Source: Dehalococcoidia bacterium (lineage in GTDB: Bacteria > Chloroflexota > Dehalococcoidia > Lucifugimonadales > JAGWBF01). Taken from it: a stretch of 64,000 nt of DNA. Made by a program: the position numbers and the translations under genes. The stretch spans positions 8,723 to 72,722 of the forward strand of contig CBDFKU010000013.1 of NCBI GenBank assembly GCA_965248975.1, in the 5' to 3' direction. Of the stretch, positions 46,632-56,714 are shown in pieces. The notes beneath the pieces were generated by a model. The model searched no databases, had not been told where the DNA came from, and was given only the letters and a program-made list of their open reading frames with translations. The stretch's first letter is position 1. Every line of letters starts with the position of its first letter.

Positions 46632-48050
46632 ATGGCGGACAACGACATAGCCTTGATGGCCCACTTGATGCGTCGCGCCGGCTTCGGAGCGGCCCGAGAC
46701 GAGCTGGAAGCGCGGGCCGCCGAAGGATATGAGGCCACGGTCGAGGAGTTGCTTCATCCGGACGACCAGCCGGACTTGGAAGATGACCTCATGGAGCGGT
46801 ACCGGCCGGACTACTCCGAGCTCCTGGCTATTCCCTCCACCAAGGATGCCTGGGTGTACAGGATGATCAACACCAGGCGCCAGCTCCAGGAGAAGATGGT
46901 CCTCTTCTGGCACGGTATATTCCCCACCGGCTTTGCCAAGGTGAACAACGCCCTGATGATGAACGTCTACATCGGCATGTTTCGCCAGCATGGCATGGGC
47001 AACTTTCGGGACATGCTGGTGGAGCTTTCCCGGCACCCCGCCATGGTGTTCTATCTGGACAACACTGAGAACCATCGAGGCTCGATCAACGAGAACTACG
47101 GCAGGGAGCTGCTGGAGCTGTTCTCCATGGGCGTGGGCATGGACGGACATCTCAACTACAACGAGGATGACGTAAAGGCGGCCTCCCGCGCCTTCACCGG
47201 TTGGAATCTGGAGCCGACCATGCCGCTGTTCCCCTATGGCAGGGACATATGGCGTTTCCGCTACGACCCCACCGACCACGATAGCGGTGAGAAGACTTTC
47301 CTGGGCGAGACGGGCAAATGGAACGGGGAGGATATCATCGACATAATCCTCCGCCAACCCGCAACGGCCAGGTTCGTGGCACGGCACCTATACACCTTCT
47401 TCGTGGCCGACGAGCCCCAGGTGCCGGCGTGGAAGGACACGCCTCCCCGCGACATGGAGGCGACCAGCACCCTGGAGAATGTGCTCGTGGAGAACAACTA
47501 CGAGCTGAAGCCGGTGCTGTATACCCTATTCAATTCCGACTTCTTCAAACAGGCCCGCTTCGCCAGGGTAAAGAGCCCAGCCGAAGTGGTGATTGGCACC
47601 ATGCGGCTGGTCAAGGACCACACCGAGGTGAAGCCGGGCCTACACCCGATAACCGAAGAGTGCTCTTACATGGGCCAGGACTTGCTGAACCCGCCTTCGG
47701 TGGAGGGGTGGCATACCGGCAGGGAATGGATCGACAGCGGCACCCTGGTGGAGCGGGTCAACTTCATGGCCGACCAGGTTGGAAACCCGGACTTGCCGGG
47801 CGTCAGGTTGATCGTCGATCGGATGAGCACCGGAACCTCGGTTATGTCGGCGGAGGAGTTCGTCGACGGCTGCCTGGACCTGATCGGTCCGGTGGAGCTG
47901 GGCGCCGTGAGCCGGGAGGCGTTGATCGACCACATCAGGAGCGACGGTGAGCTGAGACGGTCGACTGAGGACGAGCGTGCCAGGTTCGCCGGCCGGGTGG
48001 TCGAGACTCTACAGCTCATCGTCGCTACACCGGAATACCAGTACGCCTGA
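46632..48050 (+). CDS. DUF1800 family protein
   Basis: LMAHLMRRAGFGA..., FWHGIF, NENYGRELLELFSMGVG motifs are characteristic of DUF1800. The usual genomic partner of DUF1501. Confidence 0.8.
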   Translation: MADNDIALMAHLMRRAGFGAARDELEARAAEGYEATVEELLHPDDQPDLEDDLMERYRPDYSELLAIPSTKDAWVYRMINTRRQLQEKMVLFWHGIFPTGFAKVNNALMMNVYIGMFRQHGMGNFRDMLVELSRHPAMVFYLDNTENHRGSINENYGRELLELFSMGVGMDGHLNYNEDDVKAASRAFTGWNLEPTMPLFPYGRDIWRFRYDPTDHDSGEKTFLGETGKWNGEDIIDIILRQPATARFVARHLYTFFVADEPQVPAWKDTPPRDMEATSTLENVLVENNYELKPVLYTLFNSDFFKQARFARVKSPAEVVIGTMRLVKDHTEVKPGLHPITEECSYMGQDLLNPPSVEGWHTGREWIDSGTLVERVNFMADQVGNPDLPGVRLIVDRMSTGTSVMSAEEFVDGCLDLIGPVELGAVSREALIDHIRSDGELRRSTEDERARFAGRVVETLQLIVATPEYQYA

Positions 48051-48154
48051 GGAGTACAGACCGGGGCCCCTCAACGTTTCGTGGCTCCAGGCAAGGTCCG
48101 CACGGCCCCTCCCGTGGCCCTACAAAACTGTCGGTCACACAGTGCTTCCAGGCC

Positions 48155-48183
48155 TTGACATCTCCATAGCGTACTAATATGAT
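48155..48183 (+). promoter_or_regulatory. putative promoter TTGACA-17-TATGAT, followed by a leader hairpin CGTGACCT/AGGTCACG
   Basis: Hexamers at 48155-48160 and 48178-48183, upstream of the 48278 start. Confidence 0.4.
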
Positions 48184-48277
48184 TATGCGTGACCTCGTAC
48201 ACGGCAAGGTCACGTAATTGTTGTCATACGTTTCCAAGAGGCCGTTCCCTTTTAGGAAGATGCGCGAAGGAGGACCG

Positions 48278-48733
48278 ATGAGGAGGCTTCTCAACAGTAA
48301 GCTATCGATCATAGCGCTAGTCGTTGGAGCCGTCGTTCTTGTAAGCGGTGTAGCATTAGCCGCGACCAGCACTGGCCCGAACTCCAGCGTTAGCGAACAG
48401 GAAGCGGGCGCGGTGGCCATCTTCTCGATCCCGCTGACCGTTCCGGTAGGCGGGGAGCTTAAGGTGGCGGGAGCCGGGTTCGAAGCAGGTGAGACCGTGC
48501 TCTTCCAGATCGTGACAGGCACCGGCCTCCCCATCTTCCTCCAGGGTGGGCAGGCAAACAACGCCGGGGCGTTCCTGGCCGATGCGTCGGCCAACTCCCC
48601 CTCTGGGGGGCTCCCAGAATCCCTGGAACCCGGTGTCTACACCATCAGGGCCCTCAGTGGGTTCGGTGATCACGTAGCCAGTGCGCCGCTGGTTATCTGC
48701 CTACCCGATCCCGACAGTGGGAAGTGCGAATAG
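48278..48733 (+). CDS. small exported hypothetical protein
   Basis: ATG after GAAGGAGGA. Signal/TM segment MRRLLNSKLSIIALVVGAVVLVSGVALA. No recognisable family. Confidence 0.55.
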   Translation: MRRLLNSKLSIIALVVGAVVLVSGVALAATSTGPNSSVSEQEAGAVAIFSIPLTVPVGGELKVAGAGFEAGETVLFQIVTGTGLPIFLQGGQANNAGAFLADASANSPSGGLPESLEPGVYTIRALSGFGDHVASAPLVICLPDPDSGKCE

Positions 48734-48786
48734 GTTCTGCTGTAACGGAGTAGTCCACCAACTAGCTGACAATCGATGTAACGAAC

Positions 48787-48820
48787 AAGAAGAGGAGCCT
48801 CGTACGAGGCTCCTCTTCTT
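48787..48820. terminator. bidirectional hairpin between convergent genes
   Basis: Perfect 16-bp palindrome AAGAAGAGGAGCCTCG-TA-CGAGGCTCCTCTTCTT followed by TATTT. Confidence 0.6.
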
Positions 48821-48843
48821 TATTTCATGCTTCACACCGCTGC

Positions 48844-50088
48844 TTAATCCTCTTGCGGACCGCCTCCGACCCTGCTGAGCTTGACCTTGCGTATCCTTCT
48901 GCCCAGGACGGAGACCACCTCGAGTCGGAGCCCGTCGTAGAACACCGTGTCCCCTGGCTGTGGCACTTTACCCAACGCCGTGTATACCAGGCCTCCTACG
49001 GTGTCCACATTCTCTTCGACTACCGGCGCCGGAAAGAGCTCGGGCAGATCGTCCAATCCGACCCTGGCATCCGCAATCACATCGCCGTTGTCCAGGTGTG
49101 TGATGGGAGGTTCGATGGTGTGGGAGAACTCGTCCTCGATCTCTCCCACGATCTCCTCCAGCAGGTCCTCGAGGGTAACCAGCCCCTCGATGCCCCCGTA
49201 CTCGTCCACCACCAGTGCAAGCTGGACCCGCTTTTCCTGCATCTCCTTGAGGAGCTCGTCCAGCCGTTTGGATTCGGGGATGAAGTAGGCGGGACGCAGG
49301 GTCCCCTCCAGGAGTGGGTACTCGTCGGCGGCACCCAGGAATGGGAGCAGATCGCGGGAGTGCACCACCCCTATCACGTCGTCGATAGCGGTGCGATAGA
49401 CGGGGAGCCGGCTGTGGCCGGACTCCAGCATGCGGCTGGAAACCTTGGGCAGGGGAGTGTCGGCCTCGATGGCCACGATGTCCACTCTGGGTATCATTAT
49501 CTCCCGGGCCGTAGTCTCGTCGAGCCTGAGGATGGAGCGAATCATCAGTCGCTCCCGGGCGTCGAGCTCCGCCTGTTCCTGCTCCGTTAAGACCGGCACG
49601 TCCTGGCCTGCCGGGTCCAGGCTGCCTTCGCCGCCGTCCCAGCCGTCGCCGGCTTCCGGCTCTCCGATCATGGTACCTTCGAGAGTCGACAGACGGGCCG
49701 GACGCATCAGGCTGATCAGGAAGGGGGCCGCCAGGAAGGACATGGCGGTGCTATTCCGCCCGGCGATGAGCTTTGCCACCAGATGAACGACCCCGACCAC
49801 GGCCAGGGAATCGATGGCAATCACCGCTACGTAGCCTACGCTGGGGCCGCGCTGACCCAAAGCCAGGGATTCCGCGGAAAGCACGGCGGCTACGATGCAC
49901 GCCAGCCGGAGAACGCGGAGGGTGCCCAGGGAGCGTCGTAGACGATCAGGGGGCCGCAGGTAGGTTACGCCGGGAGCGATGAGACCACGCACAAGGCTGA
50001 GGTAGGCAAAAGCTATCAGGAAAGCTGCCAGAGACAGACTTGATGCTAAACCGCTTGTATCCACGTCCTCGTATCCTCCCTGCTCCAA
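48844..50088 (-). CDS. HlyC/CorC-family protein (membrane N-terminus, CBS pair, CorC_HlyC transporter-associated domain)
   Basis: [19 protein letters not shown] pair, [30 protein letters not shown]-terminal CorC_HlyC domain. Start uncertain (TTG at 50088 or GTG at 50064). Confidence 0.8.
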   Translation of the reverse strand: MEQGGYEDVDTSGLASSLSLAAFLIAFAYLSLVRGLIAPGVTYLRPPDRLRRSLGTLRVLRLACIVAAVLSAESLALGQRGPSVGYVAVIAIDSLAVVGVVHLVAKLIAGRNSTAMSFLAAPFLISLMRPARLSTLEGTMIGEPEAGDGWDGGEGSLDPAGQDVPVLTEQEQAELDARERLMIRSILRLDETTAREIMIPRVDIVAIEADTPLPKVSSRMLESGHSRLPVYRTAIDDVIGVVHSRDLLPFLGAADEYPLLEGTLRPAYFIPESKRLDELLKEMQEKRVQLALVVDEYGGIEGLVTLEDLLEEIVGEIEDEFSHTIEPPITHLDNGDVIADARVGLDDLPELFPAPVVEENVDTVGGLVYTALGKVPQPGDTVFYDGLRLEVVSVLGRRIRKVKLSRVGGGPQED

Positions 50089-50107
50089 CCGAAGGGACTG
50101 GGAGGCC

Positions 50108-51487
50108 TTAGGGCGACGGCTCCTTTACTGCCCGGCTTTTCTTCGACTCTACTATTTTAGCAGGTACCCCGACGGCCAGTCTATGGGGAGGCACGTCTTT
50201 TGTGACCACTGCGCCCGCACCGGTAACGGCTCCAGCCCCGATCTTCACCGGTGCCACGAACATGGTGTCGCATCCGATGAAAGCGCCCTCCTCCACCACC
50301 GTCCGATGTTTCTGTACGCCGTCGTAGTTGCACGTGACCAGGCCCGCACCCAGGTTCACCCCGGCGCCTATGGACGCGTCCCCGACGTAGCCGAAGTGGC
50401 CCATGGTCACGTCCCGGCCCAGCCGGCTGTTCTTTACCTCGGCGAAGTTGCCCAGGTGCACACCGGTCTCCAGGTATGCGCCGGGCCTGAGGTGGGCGAA
50501 GGGCCCCATGTCCACCGACTCTTCCATAACGGCCTCTTCCAGGACAGACGCCACCACTTTGCATCCGTCGCCGATATGCGAGTCCTGGATCAGCGTGCTA
50601 GGCCCTATGAGGCAATCGCTTCCTACCTGGGACCGGCCCAGTATCATCGTGTTGGGGTAGATCACCGTATCCTGTCCGATCACCGCCGACGCGTCCACGA
50701 AGGTGGAGGCGGGGTCGAGCATGGTTACTCCCTCCCGCATCCATCGGTCCCTGATGCGCTGTCGCATGGCCGCCTCGGCCCGGGCCAGCTGTCGACGGTC
50801 GTTGATTCCCAGCACCTCTTGGGCCTCCTGGGAAACAACCGCCTGCACCCCGGCTACCTGGGCAGCCGCCATCGACACCAGTGTGGTCAGGTAGAACTCC
50901 CCTACCGGGGCTTTCTCGACTCTGGGCAGGTTCTCCCATAGCCATTCGGCCCGGAAGCAGTAAGCCCCTCCATTGGCCTCGAACGTTTTCGTACCCTCAT
51001 CTCCCGTCATATCCTTGGCTTCCACGATTCGGGTCACCTGGCCGTCACCGTCCCTTACGATCATGGCCATACCTTCGTCGGGCCAGCTTGGAGCCGAAAG
51101 GAGAGTTATCGCCGATCCCCCGGAGAGGTGCCGGGCGCAAAGGCTCTCCAACGTCTCCGGACGAACCAGGGGCGAGTCGCCGTTGAGCACCACGACGTGC
51201 TCCGCCTGTCCCCCCAGCAGGGGCGCCGCCTGGAGGAGGGCGTGCCCCGTCCCCAGGGGTCGGTCCTGCAGCGCGTACTGCACCGAGTCTCCCAACAGCG
51301 CCTTTATCCCCTCGACGTTATCCGAGGATACTACCACTACTACGCGCCCGATCCCGGCATCCTTGAGGGCCTCTACTGGAAAAGTCAGGAGCTCTCGGCC
51401 GCAGAGCTTGTGGAGCACCTTGGGGGTCTTGGACTTCATCCGGGTGCCGGCCCCGGCGGCCATCACTACTCCGGCCCAGACGTCCAT
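50108..51487 (-). CDS. glmU: bifunctional UDP-N-acetylglucosamine pyrophosphorylase / glucosamine-1-phosphate N-acetyltransferase
   Basis: VVMAAGAGTRMKSKTPKVLHKLCG N-terminus and C-terminal left-handed beta-helix hexapeptide repeats. SD GGAGG upstream. Confidence 0.9.
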   Translation of the reverse strand: MDVWAGVVMAAGAGTRMKSKTPKVLHKLCGRELLTFPVEALKDAGIGRVVVVVSSDNVEGIKALLGDSVQYALQDRPLGTGHALLQAAPLLGGQAEHVVVLNGDSPLVRPETLESLCARHLSGGSAITLLSAPSWPDEGMAMIVRDGDGQVTRIVEAKDMTGDEGTKTFEANGGAYCFRAEWLWENLPRVEKAPVGEFYLTTLVSMAAAQVAGVQAVVSQEAQEVLGINDRRQLARAEAAMRQRIRDRWMREGVTMLDPASTFVDASAVIGQDTVIYPNTMILGRSQVGSDCLIGPSTLIQDSHIGDGCKVVASVLEEAVMEESVDMGPFAHLRPGAYLETGVHLGNFAEVKNSRLGRDVTMGHFGYVGDASIGAGVNLGAGLVTCNYDGVQKHRTVVEEGAFIGCDTMFVAPVKIGAGAVTGAGAVVTKDVPPHRLAVGVPAKIVESKKSRAVKEPSP

Positions 51488-51665
51488 GGAAGCACCTCCT
51501 CAATTGGAAAGCAGGCCACACTCCGGCCAGCAAATACCCCGTTCTCTCCTAAATGGTAAGGGGAGACCCCATTACCGTCAAGGTTCGTGAGAATCTGCAA
51601 CCTGGAGATGCACAAAAGGATGCAACTATTTCCAATCCGAGAGATTTCTGCTAGCCGTCCGTGTT

Positions 51666-51693
51666 TTGACCTCATCCACACAGGTGGTATAAT
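51666..51693 (+). promoter_or_regulatory. putative strong promoter TTGACC-16-(TGg)TATAAT
   Basis: Hexamers at 51666-51671 and 51688-51693 with an extended -10 TG, about 50 nt upstream of the antiporter start. Confidence 0.5.
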
Positions 51694-51742
51694 CGGCCAC
51701 TGAGCTTGCCCCGGTACATCCCACATCCGAAGGGGGTCCATA

Positions 51743-53041
51743 TTGCCCGCGGTGTTCGTTTCTGGGAGCGAAGATGAGCTAATCGACATCGTCACCCGGC
51801 TGGTGATCCAGATCGGGATCATCCTGCTGGCCGCCAGGCTGGGCGGAGAAGTGGCTCAAAGGTACCTCAGGATACCGGCGGTGATCGGAGAGCTGGCGAT
51901 AGGGGTGGCAATCGGACCCTACGCCCTGGGCGGTGTAGAGATACTGGGGGCCGGCCCCTTATTTCCAGACCTGGACCGGGTCATCCCGGTATCCAACGAG
52001 CTCTGGTCGGTGGCCCAGATAGCCTCCATAGTGCTTCTTTTCGTCGTTGGACTGGAGACCGATCTGGGCCAGTTCCTCCGATACGCCGGGCCCGGTTTGG
52101 CCGTGGCTGCCGGGGGAGTGATCCTGCCCTTCGCGTTTGGCGTCGTGGTCACGGAGCTGATGGGGTTTGGCGGCGAGGACGGTTTCTGGTCCCCGGAAGC
52201 CCTTTTCATGGGGGCCATAATGACCGCCACTTCGGTGGGCATAACCGCGCGGGTCCTGGCGGACATGAGCAAGCTGGACTCCAGCGAAGGGGTCACGGTG
52301 ATAGCAGCGGCCGTGGTGGACGACGTCCTGGCCATTCTGGTACTCACCGTGGTACTGGGTATCAGCGAGGGGGGCGGCATCAGCGCCGGCGGCGTAGGGT
52401 GGGTGGCTTTCAAGGCCATCGCCTTCTGGCTGGGCCTCACCGGCATCGGTATCCTGGTGGCGCCCTACGTGGTACGCTTCATTGCCAGCCTGCGGGTGAC
52501 CGGTGCTGGCATAGCCATATTCCTCGCCATGGCCTTCCTGGCCGCTGGCCTGTCGGAGACCTTCGGCCTGGCCTTCATAATAGGCGCCTTCTCCATCGGC
52601 CTCGCCCTATCCCGCACGGATATGGCCCACACCCTGGAAGAGCCCCTCAATGCGGTATACAACGGCCTGGTGCCCATCTTCTTCGTGGTGATTGGTATGC
52701 TGGTGGACGTGACCGTAATGGGCGACGCCATCGTTTTGGGCGTGGTGATCACACTGCTGGCCATAGTTGGCAAGGTCGCCGGCGCCGGACTTCCCGCCTT
52801 GGCTACCGGGTTCAATCTCCGGGGAAGCACCAGGGTGGGTATCGGGATGCTGCCTCGGGGTGAGGTCGCCCTGATCATAGCCGGCACTGGCCTGGCCCAG
52901 GGCGTCATCAGGCAGGACCTGTTCGGTGTGAGTATCCTTATGACCCTGGTAACGACCCTGCTCGCCCCCATACTGCTCATCCCCCTCTTCACCCACGGGG
53001 GCTCGGGCCGAAAGCGGCCGGAGAAAGACCAACCCTCCTAA
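51743..53041 (+). CDS. cation:proton antiporter (CPA2 / Kef-NapA type Na+/H+ exchanger family)
   Basis: Eleven to thirteen hydrophobic helices and an IPAVIGELAIGVAIGP motif. TTG start uncertain. Confidence 0.8.
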   Translation: MPAVFVSGSEDELIDIVTRLVIQIGIILLAARLGGEVAQRYLRIPAVIGELAIGVAIGPYALGGVEILGAGPLFPDLDRVIPVSNELWSVAQIASIVLLFVVGLETDLGQFLRYAGPGLAVAAGGVILPFAFGVVVTELMGFGGEDGFWSPEALFMGAIMTATSVGITARVLADMSKLDSSEGVTVIAAAVVDDVLAILVLTVVLGISEGGGISAGGVGWVAFKAIAFWLGLTGIGILVAPYVVRFIASLRVTGAGIAIFLAMAFLAAGLSETFGLAFIIGAFSIGLALSRTDMAHTLEEPLNAVYNGLVPIFFVVIGMLVDVTVMGDAIVLGVVITLLAIVGKVAGAGLPALATGFNLRGSTRVGIGMLPRGEVALIIAGTGLAQGVIRQDLFGVSILMTLVTTLLAPILLIPLFTHGGSGRKRPEKDQPS

Positions 53042-53192
53042 TTCCCCTCGAAGCGCTCAGGGCCGACGCGAAGTCTCCCGATGTGGACTGCCAGGCTGGG
53101 TTGTACTATCATATCCTCATCTGAGTTGCGCACGGGTCGGCGCATATAAGATCGCGCGTCCCCGAGGCGAAGAATACTGCGTGGAGGTAAGC

Positions 53193-53558
53193 ATGAAGGT
53201 TCTAAGGGTGGGCGAAATCCAGGAAGAGCCTGTCACCAGCCCGCTGATGATCGGAGGAACGGTGACACGGCAGAACCTGGTCCCCGGCGAGTCGTCCCAG
53301 AACTTCAATTGCTCCATAGTGAACTTCAGCCGCAGGGCCAGGAACAAGTTCCACGCCCACACCAGCGACCAGATCCTGGTGATAACCTCCGGCATTGGCA
53401 TCGTGGCTACGGAGAAGGAGGAGCGGGAGGTGACGGTGGGCGACGTTGTCCACGTCCCGGCCGGAGAGAAGCACTGGCACGGCGCCAGGGCGGAGTCCTA
53501 CATGTCCCATATAACCATCACGGGCAAGGACAGCGAAACGACCGTGCTGGAGGACTGA
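53193..53558 (+). CDS. cupin domain protein
   Basis: HAHTSDQILVITSG...VHVPAGEKHWHG cupin motifs. ATG 5 nt after GGAGG. Confidence 0.75.
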   Translation: MKVLRVGEIQEEPVTSPLMIGGTVTRQNLVPGESSQNFNCSIVNFSRRARNKFHAHTSDQILVITSGIGIVATEKEEREVTVGDVVHVPAGEKHWHGARAESYMSHITITGKDSETTVLED

Positions 53559-53609
53559 TCCCGGCCCGGCGCCGCGTGGTTTTGGGGCGTACAGGGAGAG
53601 GTGGAGGCT

Positions 53610-53759
53610 ATGTTCACCAAGCAGATTCGCACTGAGAGCCTGGGAAACTCATCGTACCTGGTGGGTTCCCAGGAGGCTAGGACGTGCGCGGTGGCACGAC
53701 ACATTCCTCTGCGACGCGATGCAACCTTTCATCCGGCTCGCCCCGCAGCGAACTTGTGA
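53610..53759 (+). pseudogene. 49-codon remnant resembling the N-terminus of the downstream MBL-fold gene
   Basis: MFTKQIRTESLGNSSYLVGSQEARTCAV compares with MYFKQFLHDDLGCSSYFIASRDSREAAV of the 53809 gene. Similarity is lost before the HxHxDH motif. SD GGAGG upstream. Confidence 0.45.
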
Positions 53760-53808
53760 TCTATAGCTTCTGAGAAGTAACCAGGTGTAGAGGAAAGAAG
53801 GCGACGGC

Positions 53809-54891
53809 ATGTATTTCAAGCAGTTCCTTCATGACGACCTCGGCTGCTCGTCCTACTTCATCGCCTCCCGGGACTCGCGGGAGGCCGCGGTGATCGATCC
53901 TCATCGCGACGTGCAGCAGTACCTCGATCTGGCCGCCGAGCGCGGTTACAACATCGTCGCTGTCATTGACACCCATTTGCATGCCGACCACGTCTCAGGC
54001 AACCGGGACCTGGCCGCGGCGACGGGCGCACAACTCTACCTACACGAGGAGGCCGATACCCTCTTTCCCTTCCAGCCGCTGCAGGATGGTGACACGATTT
54101 CCCTCGGCCAGGTTGATCTCCAAGTAATTCACACGCCGGGGCATCGCCCCGAGGCGCTGTCGCTGCTCGTGGTCAATCCACCGCGAAGCCCCGAGCCGTC
54201 CATGGTGCTTAGTGGGGACGCACTGTTCGTGGGCGACGTGGGGCGGCCCGACTTCGGCGGACCAGAAGGGGCCAGCCAGCAGTATCAAAGCATCCAGAAG
54301 CTACTCCAGCTAGAGGACTACGTCGAAGTGTTTCCCGCCCACTTCGAAGGGTCGTGCGGCAAAGGCATGTGTGGTCGGCCCAGCAGTACTATAGGCTTCG
54401 AACGGCGCTTTAACCTAGCGTTGCAGCTTTCTGAGCAAGAATTCCTCCAATATGCCTCCCAGCCCCCGGCACAGCCCCTCAACATGACCTCCATCCTCGC
54501 GGCTAACCGTGGTGAGACCAGCTTTTCTTGGCCGCAGGTGGCGCACGACGTGGAAGTACCTAGCATCGAAGCCGGTGAAGCGTCAGCTTGGCTCCGGGAG
54601 CGCCAAGCCTGTGTCCTTGACGTGCGGGACCCGTGGGAATATGCGGAAGGCCGCATCCCGGGCGCACTTTCTGTCCCTCAATCGGATCTTGCACTGCGTC
54701 TGGCGGAGGTGCCAAAGGACCGTGACGTACTCGTCGTCTGCGCCTCAGGGAATCGTTCCTTGCGCTCGGCTGGCTTCCTGAAAGCCGTCGGCTACACCCG
54801 TGTCACCAACCTGGCTGGAGGCACCAAAGGTTGGATAGAAGCCGGCTATCCTGTCGAGAAGGGTGAGGAGTTGGTGCTTGGCAGGCAATAG
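53809..54891 (+). CDS. MBL-fold metallo-hydrolase fused to a C-terminal rhodanese domain (persulfide dioxygenase-like architecture)
   Basis: THLHADHVSGN, HTPGHRPE. Rhodanese active-site loop CASGNRS near the C-terminus. Confidence 0.8.
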   Translation: MYFKQFLHDDLGCSSYFIASRDSREAAVIDPHRDVQQYLDLAAERGYNIVAVIDTHLHADHVSGNRDLAAATGAQLYLHEEADTLFPFQPLQDGDTISLGQVDLQVIHTPGHRPEALSLLVVNPPRSPEPSMVLSGDALFVGDVGRPDFGGPEGASQQYQSIQKLLQLEDYVEVFPAHFEGSCGKGMCGRPSSTIGFERRFNLALQLSEQEFLQYASQPPAQPLNMTSILAANRGETSFSWPQVAHDVEVPSIEAGEASAWLRERQACVLDVRDPWEYAEGRIPGALSVPQSDLALRLAEVPKDRDVLVVCASGNRSLRSAGFLKAVGYTRVTNLAGGTKGWIEAGYPVEKGEELVLGRQ

Positions 54892-55969
54892 GGTAGTAGT
54901 GGCGATGAGCGGCGGCGTCGACTCGTCGGTGGCCGCCCTGCTGCTGAAGCGGGCCGGCTACGACACCGTCGGCGTGACCATGAAGCTGTACAACGTCGAT
55001 CAGTCGGACCTGCCCGAATACTATCGTGGCTGCTGCACCATCGACGACGTGGAAGACGCCCGGCGGGTGTGCAATCGCCTGGACATGCCCCACTATGTGT
55101 TCAATCTGCAGCGAGAGTTCCAGAGGTTCGTCATCGACTATTTCTGCGAGGAGTACCGCCGCGCCCGGACGCCTCATCCCTGCATAGCCTGCAACGACAA
55201 GATCAAGTTCAGCTTCCTTCTGCAGAGGGCCCGGTCCCTGGAAGCCGACACGGTGGCTACCGGCCACTATGCCCGGATCGAGCCCGGACCCAGAGGCCTG
55301 CGGCTGCTCAAGGGCCTGGACCACCGGAAGGACCAGTCATACGTCCTCTACGGTATGGGGCAGGAACAGCTGGCCCACACCCTCCTACCGGTGGGCGGGT
55401 ACGAGAAGGAAGAGATCAGGGCGATGGCCCAGGAGGCCGGATTCCCCAACGCCGAGAAGCCGGACAGCCAGGACATCTGCTTCATCCCTTCCGGGGACTA
55501 CCGAAAGTTCCTGCGAGAGCACGTGACCCCCAGGCCCGGCAGTATCATTGACCACGATGGCAACGTCCTGGGAGACCACCCCGGCGTGGAGAACTTCACC
55601 GTCGGCCAGAGGCGTGGCCTGGGAGTGGCGGGTGGTAGCCCGATGTACGTGACATCCATCGATCCCGACAGGTCCGAGGTCGTCGTGGGACCAGAGGAAG
55701 ACCTGTACCGGGACACCCTGTGGGCCTCCGAGGTCAGCTATACGTCGAGCCGGCAACCGGAGGAGGACCTGGACGTTACCGTCAAGATTCGGTACAAGTC
55801 CCCTGAGGTCGAGGCCACGCTGGTGCCCCGGGGCAGCCGGGCCATGATAAGCTTCAGGCAGCCCCAGCGGGCCGTCACCCCGGGGCAGGCCGTGGTATTC
55901 TACCGAGGCGACGAGGTGCTGGGCGGGGGCAGGATCTGCGGCGGCCTGGACGGAAGCTCCGAATCCTGA
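54878..55969 (+). CDS. mnmA: tRNA-specific 2-thiouridylase
   Basis: VVVAMSGGVDSSVAA PP-loop, CCTIDDVEDA, HPCIACNDKIKF. Start taken at TTG 54878, 7 nt after GGAG (the ORF track starts at GTG 54863). Confidence 0.85.
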   Translation: MAGNRVVVAMSGGVDSSVAALLLKRAGYDTVGVTMKLYNVDQSDLPEYYRGCCTIDDVEDARRVCNRLDMPHYVFNLQREFQRFVIDYFCEEYRRARTPHPCIACNDKIKFSFLLQRARSLEADTVATGHYARIEPGPRGLRLLKGLDHRKDQSYVLYGMGQEQLAHTLLPVGGYEKEEIRAMAQEAGFPNAEKPDSQDICFIPSGDYRKFLREHVTPRPGSIIDHDGNVLGDHPGVENFTVGQRRGLGVAGGSPMYVTSIDPDRSEVVVGPEEDLYRDTLWASEVSYTSSRQPEEDLDVTVKIRYKSPEVEATLVPRGSRAMISFRQPQRAVTPGQAVVFYRGDEVLGGGRICGGLDGSSES

Positions 55970-56007
55970 GTGGGAGGCCGGACCGGTAAAAACGGGCCGG
56001 CTGGGAG

Positions 56008-56712
56008 GTGTGGTTGCCCAGCCTTGACCTCGAGAGAAACGTGCAGAGCCAGGGGTTCTCGCTGGTGGCGGGTGTGGACGAGGCCGGGCGTGGTCCCCTC
56101 GCCGGGCCGGTGGTGGCGGGGGCGGTGATCCTCTCTCCCGAGCTCTGTTCCAATGGAACCGACGCCTTCCCGGAATGGCTCCAGCTTGTCGACGACAGCA
56201 AGGCCCTGACCGCCCGCCAGCGACGTACGGTCTTGGTGGACATACGGGCCCATGCCGTGGCCGTCGGCCAGGGTATGGCCAGCCACGAGGAGATAGATTC
56301 GGTGGGCATCGTCCAGGCCACCCGCAGGGCCATGTTGAGGGCGATAGACGACCTTCGGCCTAGGCCCTCCTACCTGCTGATCGACTTCGTCAGGCTGCAG
56401 GACTGCGGGATACCCTTCCAGGCCATGGCTCACGGCGACAGCCTGTGCTACTCCATCGCGGCGGCATCCATCGTGGCCAAGGTGACTCGGGACCGGATGA
56501 TGGTGGAAGCCGACGCCCTCTATCCCGGCTACGGCTTCGCCCGCCACAAGGGTTACGCTACCGAACAGCACCTGCGGCTCCTGTCCCTCAAGGGCCCTTC
56601 CCCGATCCACCGTCGCTCCTTCAGCCCCCTTCGACAGGCGATGCTGCCCGGAATGGCGCCCTACGACGCCGAAATCGAGTCCCCGGTCACGGTGCCGGAA
56701 AACGCCGGCTGA
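56008..56712 (+). CDS. rnhB: ribonuclease HII
   Basis: VAGVDEAGRGPLAGPVVAGAV, DDSKALT, IAAASIVAKVTRD motifs. Start is GTG 56008 or TTG 56014. Confidence 0.9.
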   Translation: MWLPSLDLERNVQSQGFSLVAGVDEAGRGPLAGPVVAGAVILSPELCSNGTDAFPEWLQLVDDSKALTARQRRTVLVDIRAHAVAVGQGMASHEEIDSVGIVQATRRAMLRAIDDLRPRPSYLLIDFVRLQDCGIPFQAMAHGDSLCYSIAAASIVAKVTRDRMMVEADALYPGYGFARHKGYATEQHLRLLSLKGPSPIHRRSFSPLRQAMLPGMAPYDAEIESPVTVPENAG

Positions 56713-56714
56713 AC

